Assembly: GCA_015057835.1 (NCBI GenBank) | Contig: SVDL01000002.1 | Coordinates: forward strand, 26,103-90,102 | Origin: Lachnospiraceae bacterium | Lineage (GTDB): Bacteria > Bacillota > Clostridia > Lachnospirales > Lachnospiraceae | Length of the DNA stretch: 64,000 bases | Reading direction: 5' to 3' | In this document: positions 48,447 through 56,287 of the stretch, in pieces | Layout of the letters: every line of letters begins with the position of its first letter | Position numbering within the stretch: position 1 is the first letter of the stretch | The notes under the pieces: model-generated | Told to the model about the DNA's origin: nothing | The model's database searches: none | Seen by the model: only the letters and a program-made list of their open reading frames with translations | Position numbers and translations under genes: made by a program

Positions 48447-49832
48447 ATGAGAAAACCCAGACTGGGCCTGCTGGGCCTTATGGCAGGTACTTATGAACCT
48501 ATTTTTCCGGGGATCATCGAACGCCAGGAAAACTATGCCAGGGAACTTGTAAAAACATTCAGTGCGGTAGCGGATATTGATTTCCCCGGCGCTGCAACAA
48601 ATCGGGAAATGATAGGACAGAGGGTCCGGTATTTCAATGAAAAGCAGCTCGACGGCATCCTGATCGTTCTGCTCACCTATTCGCAGGGAACCTGGCTTCT
48701 GCAGCCTCTTCTTGAGAACAGGCTGCCGCTTGCGCTCGCGGTCATTCAGCCGGATTCTTATGTGGACGAAGAGTTCTATGAGCTTGATCTGACGGTCAAT
48801 CAGGGAATTCACGGTGCACAGGACAACTCGAATATGATCGTCAGGAACGGAATCAAATGTCAGTTCTTCGCTGCGGAGCGAAATGATCCCGCCCTCGTGA
48901 AATTTGTTGCGGATTTCGGCCATGCAGCCATGACTTACAAGGAAATGCGTGGAATGAAAGTCGGCGTTCTTTCGAGAATGCAGGGCATGGGAGATATTCT
49001 CCTCGACGATATGGCCTATTCCGCAAGGATCGGGGCAGAGTTCTGCAATGATACAGCCGGCTCGATCTATCGGCGGATGGAAGCGCTTACAAAAGCGGAG
49101 ATCGATGATCAGATCGCCAAAGACCATGAGACATTTGTCATCGATCCTAAACTGACTTATGAGAGTCATGCGGAAGCGGTCAGAATGTATCTCGCATTTA
49201 AAAAATGGCTTATTGATAATGATTTCAAGGCATTTACGGCACACTTTGACATTTTCGGCGACGACGGACGATTCCATCAGCTGCCGCTGTACGCCGCTTC
49301 CCAGTTAATGGCGGACGGCTACGGTTATGCCGCAGAAGGCGATCAGTCCTGCGCGGCAATGGTCATGGCGGCGCATCTTCTCGGCGAAGGCGGCGGAAAC
49401 TTTACGGAAATGTATATGATGGACTTCAAAGTCAACGGGATCTGCTTCTGTCACGCCGGTGAAGGCAACTGGGCGACTTCGGAAAAGAAACCGAGACTGA
49501 TCGACCGGTATCTCGGAGAGGGCGGTCTGGAGAACCCGCCGACGATCATGTTCGTTCCGAAGGCGGGGCGTGCTACGCTGACATCGCTTGCACCGATGAA
49601 CGGAGATTATATGAGGCTGCTTGTTGCGGGCGGTGAAATGCTCCCGAAAGATGACCTGAAGAACTGCGAGATGCCTTATTTCTTCTGGCGTCCGGACAGC
49701 GGCGTTACGACCTGTGTAAAGAACTGGCTGGCAAACGGCGGTACACATCACGAAGTCATAAATCTCGGAGACGTTTCCGACAGATGGAAAATGCTCTGTG
49801 ACCTTTGGGATATCGAATTCGTACAGGTATAA
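48447..49832 (+). CDS. Sugar isomerase of the L-arabinose/L-fucose isomerase fold
   Basis: Metal-ligand motifs GYAAEGD, FTEMY, CHAGEG and GGTHH. Confidence 0.85.
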   Translation: MRKPRLGLLGLMAGTYEPIFPGIIERQENYARELVKTFSAVADIDFPGAATNREMIGQRVRYFNEKQLDGILIVLLTYSQGTWLLQPLLENRLPLALAVIQPDSYVDEEFYELDLTVNQGIHGAQDNSNMIVRNGIKCQFFAAERNDPALVKFVADFGHAAMTYKEMRGMKVGVLSRMQGMGDILLDDMAYSARIGAEFCNDTAGSIYRRMEALTKAEIDDQIAKDHETFVIDPKLTYESHAEAVRMYLAFKKWLIDNDFKAFTAHFDIFGDDGRFHQLPLYAASQLMADGYGYAAEGDQSCAAMVMAAHLLGEGGGNFTEMYMMDFKVNGICFCHAGEGNWATSEKKPRLIDRYLGEGGLENPPTIMFVPKAGRATLTSLAPMNGDYMRLLVAGGEMLPKDDLKNCEMPYFFWRPDSGVTTCVKNWLANGGTHHEVINLGDVSDRWKMLCDLWDIEFVQV

Positions 49833-49833
49833 C

Positions 49834-51348
49834 ATGAAATACATATTGACGTTTGATATAGGAACGACAGCAGTCAAGGCGTGCCTCTTTGATGAGAGGC
49901 TGCGCCTTGCGGCTTGTTCTAATGAAGAATATGCGCTGCTGACGGCTGAAGACGGGACGATAGAACTGGAGCCCTGCCGGTATTGGGAAGCGGTGAAGGC
50001 CGGCGCAAAGGCAGCGATCGAAAAAGCGGAAATCGATCCGGCCGATGTTTCTGCCGTTTCCGTGACTACGCAGGGAGAGACTCTGATCCCTGTAGATGAG
50101 AACGGAGATCCCCTGCGGAATGCAATCGTATGGCTGGACCAGAGGGCGGAAAAAGAGGCGGCGGAACTGGCGGAAAAGTTCCCTGCGGATGTTTTCTACA
50201 GAAAAACAGGACTTCCGGAGCTCAATGGGTATACACCGATCGCAAAGGTGATGTGGATCCGGAACAATGAGCCGGAAATTTACAGAAAAACGGACTGTTT
50301 CCTCCTTCTGGAAGACTATATTTTCTTTAAACTCACAGGAAAGCGGGTCACGGAAAAATCTCTCGCGACGTCGACCGGGTGGTATACGTTTGACGGTGAC
50401 GGGTATTACAGGGAGATCCTGGAAGCGGCAGGTCTTGATATCGGGAAATTTCCGCCGATGCTGGAGAGCGGGGAGATCATTCCCGGCGGTCTGCTGCCGG
50501 AGGTAAGAAAAGAACTGGGGCTTTCCGACAGCGTTGCGGCCGTGACCGGCGCGATGGATCAGACCGCGGGAGCGCTCGCAATGGGAAATGTGAAGCCCGG
50601 AAGAGTGACGGAAACAACAGGTACCGCTTTAGTGATCGGAGCGACGCTCCCGTCCTTTGATCCTGCCGCAGAACCGAAAGTCACGGTATACAGGCATTAT
50701 AAAAAAGACCTGTATCTCATGATGCCGATCTGCATGACCGCGGGGATGTTCCTGAAATGGTTCCGGGATGAATTCTGCGCAGAAGAGAAAGAAACGGCAG
50801 AGAAAAGAGGCATTTCCTCCTATCAGATCATCGATGAGGAAGTAGAGAGTATACCTGCCGGATCCGGCGGACTGGTTGCACTGCCTTATCTTACGGGTTC
50901 TCTTCAGCCGGTGCAGGATTCAAAAGCGAGGGGTATATTCTTCGGATTTGGCCTGGAACATAAAAGGCCGCATTTTCTCAGAGCGGTTTTTGAGAGCGTT
51001 GCTTTCATGCTGCGCGAAAATATCGAACTGATTGAAAAAGCCGGCAGACTTCACGTAAGCAGTATCATCTCTCTCGGAGGAGGGGCGTCGTCCCCTGTCT
51101 GGTGCAGGATCAAGGCAGATACGCTCGGACAGACGATCTGTGTTCCGGAAGTGACCGAGAGCACATCCTGCGGAGCGGCGGTACTCGCAGCGGTGGCGAT
51201 CGGCTGGTATGCGGATGCGGAAGCCGCGGCAGAAGCCGCTTCCGGAAAAATGTCATTTTACGAGCCGGATCCGTCAGGAGCGAAAGAGTATGACAAGGCA
51301 TACGCGAAGTATAAAGCGCTGTATGAACACACAAGGACTCTTTTTTAG
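49834..51348 (+). CDS. FGGY-family carbohydrate kinase
   Basis: FDIGTTAVK, AIVWLDQRA, GAMDQ, ETTGT, RAVFESVAF and GGGASS motifs. Confidence 0.92.
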   Translation: MKYILTFDIGTTAVKACLFDERLRLAACSNEEYALLTAEDGTIELEPCRYWEAVKAGAKAAIEKAEIDPADVSAVSVTTQGETLIPVDENGDPLRNAIVWLDQRAEKEAAELAEKFPADVFYRKTGLPELNGYTPIAKVMWIRNNEPEIYRKTDCFLLLEDYIFFKLTGKRVTEKSLATSTGWYTFDGDGYYREILEAAGLDIGKFPPMLESGEIIPGGLLPEVRKELGLSDSVAAVTGAMDQTAGALAMGNVKPGRVTETTGTALVIGATLPSFDPAAEPKVTVYRHYKKDLYLMMPICMTAGMFLKWFRDEFCAEEKETAEKRGISSYQIIDEEVESIPAGSGGLVALPYLTGSLQPVQDSKARGIFFGFGLEHKRPHFLRAVFESVAFMLRENIELIEKAGRLHVSSIISLGGGASSPVWCRIKADTLGQTICVPEVTESTSCGAAVLAAVAIGWYADAEAAAEAASGKMSFYEPDPSGAKEYDKAYAKYKALYEHTRTLF

Positions 51349-51410
51349 GCGGATTGTTTTGCAGAACAGTTCGCTTAATAAGAGGGCCTTGCTGAAAAGG
51401 AGATTGCAGG

Positions 51411-52427
51411 ATGGAATACCGCAGACTGAAAGAATATATCGGTCACAGGGCTCAGCTGTTTGAAGTACGGGAGTCGAGACTGTCCGGCGGAAGGGCGGAC
51501 GGGACAAGGATCGTGGATATTTTCAACGGGGGGAACCTTTCAGTGACGATCGTCCCGGATGCCTGTATGGATATACTGAGTGTTCGATACAAGGGCAGGT
51601 GTCTGAATTATATCTCCCCTTCCGGACAGGCGCATCCGGCTTATTACAATCCGTTCGGAGAGGGCTGGAGCGAGGTCTTTCCTGCAGGCTTTTTATTTAC
51701 CTGCGGGCTTTCCCATATAGGAATAAAGGATGACGACTGGGAGGGGATGAAAGAACACGGCGCCATCGGCAACCGTCCGGCGGAGCACCTCAATATTACG
51801 GAATATGAGACGGAGGACGGCCGGCCTGGTGTACTGCTGGAGGGAACCATGAGAGAGTCGATGCTGGCAGGCAGAAACCTCTCTTTGCGAAGGCGCATCC
51901 GCATGGAATATGCGAAAGACGTGATCGAGATCGAGGATACGGTGAAAAATGAAGGCTTCCGTGCAGTGCCGCATATGATCCTCTATCATTGCAACATGGG
52001 TTGGCCGCTTCTTTCTCCGGAAAGCTGTGTGAAGATTCCCAACAAAGGGATCAGGCCGAGAACAGAATTTGCAGAGAAAATGAGGGACGCATTTTCCACG
52101 ATTCCGGAACCGTTTGATTCGTTGGAAGAAATGTGCTATTACTACGACACCATCGAAGATGAGGACGGAATGGTCACTGTGGAAATGAGAAATCCGCAGG
52201 AAGGCGCGGGGATAAAACTGCGCTACGGAAAGAAAACACTGCCGCAGTTCGTACAATGGAAAAACTTTGTCAAAGGAGAGTATATTATGGGACTCGAACC
52301 AGGCAATGCGACCATTGACGGAAAGGCAGACGCGGAAAACAGGGGCGCGCTCCCAATGATCGGGCCGCAGGAAGAAATATCCTACCATTTGTGTTTCTCA
52401 TTTAATGACGGACAGGAAGAGGGCTGA
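51411..52427 (+). CDS. Aldose-1-epimerase-like (DUF4432) protein
   Basis: GFLFTCGLSHIG, LYHCNMG and MGLEPG motifs. Confidence 0.8.
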   Translation: MEYRRLKEYIGHRAQLFEVRESRLSGGRADGTRIVDIFNGGNLSVTIVPDACMDILSVRYKGRCLNYISPSGQAHPAYYNPFGEGWSEVFPAGFLFTCGLSHIGIKDDDWEGMKEHGAIGNRPAEHLNITEYETEDGRPGVLLEGTMRESMLAGRNLSLRRRIRMEYAKDVIEIEDTVKNEGFRAVPHMILYHCNMGWPLLSPESCVKIPNKGIRPRTEFAEKMRDAFSTIPEPFDSLEEMCYYYDTIEDEDGMVTVEMRNPQEGAGIKLRYGKKTLPQFVQWKNFVKGEYIMGLEPGNATIDGKADAENRGALPMIGPQEEISYHLCFSFNDGQEEG

Positions 52428-53476
52428 TGATGGCTGGACGGGTATTTGGCACAGATAAGGAAGGCAGAGCGATCCGGGCGTACACGATCGGAACAGATAA
52501 GCTTCGGGCTGTGATCCTGGATTACGGCGCAACGGTCCAAAGCCTGTTTGTTCGCGGTGCGGACGGAAAAGAGAGGGATATTGTTTTAGGTTATGACAAT
52601 GCGGAAGGGTATATTGCGGGAGAGCAGTATTTCGGAGCGACGATCGGAAGAGTCGCCAACCGCATCGCAGGCGCGGAATTTGAATTAAATGGCAGGAAAT
52701 ATGAGCTTGCAAAGAATGAGAGAGACTATAACAGCCACGGAGGGATAGTTGGATTTGATAAAAGGATCTGGGATGCTTTAGACAGCGGATCCGATTATGT
52801 CCGTATGCATTACAGAAGTCCCGACGGAGAGGAAGGTTTTCCGGGCACGCTGGATGTGGATGTCACATTTTCGATCGAGGGGGAGTCCCTCGTGATCACA
52901 TATGAGGCAGTCACGGATAAAGATACGATCCTGAATCTGACAAATCACAGCTATTTCAATCTTGACGGCGGCGGGAGCGTAGAAGAGCAGCTTCTCATGA
53001 TCCGCGCGGATACATTTACGGAAATTGATGAGGCGATCCTTCCGACGGGAAGGATCCTGCCGGTTAAAGATACAGCGCTGGATTTCCGGGAGGAAAAGCC
53101 GATCGGAAAGGACGTTGACCGCAATGCACCATATATGGCTGCCGGCGCCGGGTATGATCATAATTTTGTTATTGCCGATGAGTGCCGGTCCGGGCAGATT
53201 CCCTTTGCGGCTGCATTTTCTTCAAAAAGCGGCATCCGCATGACCTGTTTTACGGATCAGCCCGGCGTGCAGCTGTATACGCCGGATTATATCAGTGAAA
53301 CTGCCAAAGGGGGGAAAGCGCCCGGCCGCCGGCCGGCGTTCTGCCTTGAAACACAACATTTTGCGGATGCTGTACACCATCCGCATTTTCCGTCGATCGT
53401 TCTCGAGGCAGGAGAGCGGTTCTGCAGCTGCACGCGATTCTGCTTTGATGTCCCAATAGAAGGGGAAGCAGGGTAA
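52427..53476 (+). CDS. galM: Aldose 1-epimerase (galactose mutarotase family)
   Basis: GRVANRI, HGG, NLTNHSYFNL, YDHNF and FCLETQ motifs. Confidence 0.9.
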   Translation: MMAGRVFGTDKEGRAIRAYTIGTDKLRAVILDYGATVQSLFVRGADGKERDIVLGYDNAEGYIAGEQYFGATIGRVANRIAGAEFELNGRKYELAKNERDYNSHGGIVGFDKRIWDALDSGSDYVRMHYRSPDGEEGFPGTLDVDVTFSIEGESLVITYEAVTDKDTILNLTNHSYFNLDGGGSVEEQLLMIRADTFTEIDEAILPTGRILPVKDTALDFREEKPIGKDVDRNAPYMAAGAGYDHNFVIADECRSGQIPFAAAFSSKSGIRMTCFTDQPGVQLYTPDYISETAKGGKAPGRRPAFCLETQHFADAVHHPHFPSIVLEAGERFCSCTRFCFDVPIEGEAG

Positions 53477-53508
53477 GCAAAAAGCTGTATATGAAACCAA
53501 TGAATAAG

Positions 53509-53540
53509 AAAATGACAGGGGAAGCCCCCTGTCATTTTTT
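53509..53540. terminator. Bidirectional intrinsic terminator
   Basis: AAAATGACAGGGG-AAGC-CCCCTGTCATTTTTT. Confidence 0.85.
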
Positions 53541-53571
53541 ATATCGGTTGAACGGATTACACCGCGCCTTT

Positions 53572-53793
53572 TTAATTGCGGTTGTTTTTGATCACATAAC
53601 CCATTTTCCGCCGGTCAAATACGAGTTCTTTGCCCGTATCGCTCCGCTCCGATAAATGCGCGCGAATATCATCGATATCCCGCTGGATCGTTCTCGATCC
53701 GACCTGAAAGCGCTGCGCCTCCTCGTTTTTTATCAGTGTTCTGCCTTCCAGCAGCCGGTCATACATACTTAAGATTCGTTCTGCCTTTGCCAT
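53572..53793 (-). CDS. 73-aa stand-alone winged HTH (resembles the N-terminal HTH of WYL regulators)
   Basis: RILSMYDRL...EAQRFQVGSRTIQRDIDDIR...GY; RBS GGGGGAAAG. Confidence 0.75.
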   Translation of the reverse strand: MAKAERILSMYDRLLEGRTLIKNEEAQRFQVGSRTIQRDIDDIRAHLSERSDTGKELVFDRRKMGYVIKNNRN

Positions 53794-54138
53794 TTCTCTT
53801 TCCCCCGTATACTGGTGTAATGTCAATAGATGTCTATCTGTGGGTAAAGACACGCCGCGGACTGATAAGGTTCAAAAAAGTAAAAAGAAATTGCATCAGA
53901 TTTCAAAGTAAAAAATTCCCAAAACAATACATTGTGAAACCCAAAACTTCCGGAGTTTTCCAACATCTTTTACTCTATCAGCAAGGGATGACACTATTTG
54001 TCTATCACTTTTCATAAACCTCATTTTCCGCGGATTTCTTCCCAAAAAAGAGAAAATCAGGCCGGCGTCCTGTGGTATACTTTTTTGTGAGGAGAGACGG
54101 TATTTGCCGGGAAAGACAGCATTGCCGCGCGTGAAAAA

Positions 54139-55083
54139 ATGGATACCAGAGTACAGAAAATATGCAGCGAAATCGGTACCGTCATCATCGGCAAGGATGA
54201 GATCATCCGCCGGGTCCTGATGGCATTTTTAAGTGAGGGGCACATTCTCCTGGAAGACGTGCCCGGGACGGGGAAAACGACACTGGCCATGACGGCAGCG
54301 AAAGTGCTGGGACTCGACAGCCGGAGAGTGCAGTTCAATTCCGATACGATGCCCTCGGACATCATCGGTTTCTCCGTCTATGACCATGAGAGAAAAGCGC
54401 TGGTGTATCAGGAAGGCGCGATCATGACGAATCTGCTTCTCGCGGACGAGATCAACCGGACGTCCAGCAAGACGCAGTCCGCGCTGCTCGAGGCAATGCA
54501 GGAGCGCCGGGTCACCGTTGACGGAAATACCTACGCCCTCCCGACCCCGTTCATCGTCATCGCGACCCAGAATCCGGCGGGCTCCGCGGGCACGCAAATG
54601 CTTCCGAACGCCCAGCTGGACCGCTTCCTCGTCCGGCTCGCCATGGGCTACCCGAGCCGGGAGAGCCAGATCGATATTATGAAGAACCGCCAGACCGCAG
54701 ATCCGCTGGACGCCTGTTCGGCGGTTGTCAGCCATGAAGAATTCATGGAAATGGTGAAGGCTGTCCGGCAGATTCATGTGAGCGACCGCATTTACGAATA
54801 CATTACGGATCTTGTGGAAAAGACGCGCCTGAACCCCTATGTGGAGCTGGGCGTGAGTCCCCGCGGCGGCATCGCGGTGTGCCGGATGGCGAAAGCGGCG
54901 GCATTTGTCAACGGAAGAGATTATGTGACGCCGGCGGACGTCCGGGAAATTTTCACGGATGTCTGCGCGCACCGTCTGATCCTCTCCCCGCAGGCAAGAC
55001 TCCACGAGCAGCGCGCGGAAGCGATCCTCGGGGGCGTGCTCCGGCAGGTCAAGAGCCCGGACGTGGCGGAACTTTCTTTGTAG
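54139..55083 (+). CDS. MoxR-family AAA+ ATPase
   Basis: GHILLEDVPGTGKT, LLADEINR, QSALLEAMQE, ATQNP and QLDRF motifs. Confidence 0.95.
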   Translation: MDTRVQKICSEIGTVIIGKDEIIRRVLMAFLSEGHILLEDVPGTGKTTLAMTAAKVLGLDSRRVQFNSDTMPSDIIGFSVYDHERKALVYQEGAIMTNLLLADEINRTSSKTQSALLEAMQERRVTVDGNTYALPTPFIVIATQNPAGSAGTQMLPNAQLDRFLVRLAMGYPSRESQIDIMKNRQTADPLDACSAVVSHEEFMEMVKAVRQIHVSDRIYEYITDLVEKTRLNPYVELGVSPRGGIAVCRMAKAAAFVNGRDYVTPADVREIFTDVCAHRLILSPQARLHEQRAEAILGGVLRQVKSPDVAELSL

Positions 55084-55090
55084 GAGCGGC

Positions 55091-56281
55091 GTGATGGCGA
55101 TGAAGAGAACCGTTTCCGCTGGCGCCTTTGGCGCATGGGGACTGCTGTTGATCCTGACAGGTGCCGCAGCCCTGTTCAGTACGAGCCTGATCGCGAAGGC
55201 AGCCTTTTTCTTCTGTCTGTTTCTTCCGGGATGCTCGGCATTGACCGCGCGGGCGGTGAGGAAGCACCTTAGAGCTGATTTTTCACTTCCGGTCAGTGCA
55301 GTGAAGTCACAGACGGCGGGCGGCGAAAGCGTTCAAAGCGCGTTTGGTGCAGTCAATCTCCACAACGGAGGATTTTTATCCTGCGGGCGGGTCGACGTGA
55401 CCTTTTCGATCAAAAATGAGCTGACCGGAGAAGCATCGGAGCATACGGTAACATTGTCTGCGCCGTCGAGGGGAGGTTCGGCGGCATCTTTCTCATTTTC
55501 ACCGAATTACTGCGGAATGCTGACATTTTCCATAAAAAATGCGGTGCTTTATGACTGGTTTGGCCTGTTACGGATCCCGGCTGCACTCACGGCACAGGGG
55601 AGCGTGACGGTGCTGCCGGCGACATTTGACGCGTCGGTAATGGTGGATCTCCCCTATTCGGAACAGGGAGATGAGGAAAATATCAACCCGCTTCGCGGAA
55701 CCGAGGATCCGTCCGTGATCTATGCCCTGCGCGAATATCAGGCGGGGGATCCCGTGCGCAGAATGCACTGGAAACTGTCGGCAAAGAGAGATCTTCCGAT
55801 CGTAAAGGAGATCAGCCGGCCGGTCAGCCGCTCCCTCGTCCTTTTTTGGAATAAGACAGCAGGACTTCCGGCGGGGGTGACGGATGCGCTGGCGGAGGTA
55901 TTTGCTTCCGTGGCGATGTCGCTGACGAAGCAGGGGATCCCTTTCACGGCCGGCTGGAGAGACAGCGGCGGAGAGCAGTTCTCCGATATCAGCGGGGAAG
56001 AAGAGCTGTTTGCCGTAATCGCCCGGTCGGTGCGGCGTGGGGCGGGAGAGCCCGATGCTGCAGCACTTTCCGAAGCCGGATTCTCTGAAATCATAAATTT
56101 ATGCCAAAATGCGAAAACCGTCTGGTTCGCCGGAGAATATCCATTTGCGGAGGAACCGTTTCTTTCCGGGGACAGCACCGTTTTTCTGTGCGGGAAAGAA
56201 CCTCCTGCGTCGGGCGTACGCTTTACTTTGACGTTTGCGCCGGAGGAGGCGGAGCAGGTATTCCGTGCGGTCCGGATTTAA
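55091..56281 (+). CDS. DUF58 domain membrane protein
   Basis: Two N-terminal TM helices; LREYQAGDPVRRMHWKLSAK signature. Confidence 0.9.
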   Translation: MMAMKRTVSAGAFGAWGLLLILTGAAALFSTSLIAKAAFFFCLFLPGCSALTARAVRKHLRADFSLPVSAVKSQTAGGESVQSAFGAVNLHNGGFLSCGRVDVTFSIKNELTGEASEHTVTLSAPSRGGSAASFSFSPNYCGMLTFSIKNAVLYDWFGLLRIPAALTAQGSVTVLPATFDASVMVDLPYSEQGDEENINPLRGTEDPSVIYALREYQAGDPVRRMHWKLSAKRDLPIVKEISRPVSRSLVLFWNKTAGLPAGVTDALAEVFASVAMSLTKQGIPFTAGWRDSGGEQFSDISGEEELFAVIARSVRRGAGEPDAAALSEAGFSEIINLCQNAKTVWFAGEYPFAEEPFLSGDSTVFLCGKEPPASGVRFTLTFAPEEAEQVFRAVRI

Positions 56282-56287
56282 AGAAGT

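Noticed and set aside
43804-53476. Horizontal acquisition of the sugar locus
   Set aside because: It looks somewhat more AT-rich by eye, but I did not compute GC or codon usage and saw no integrase, IS or flanking repeats.
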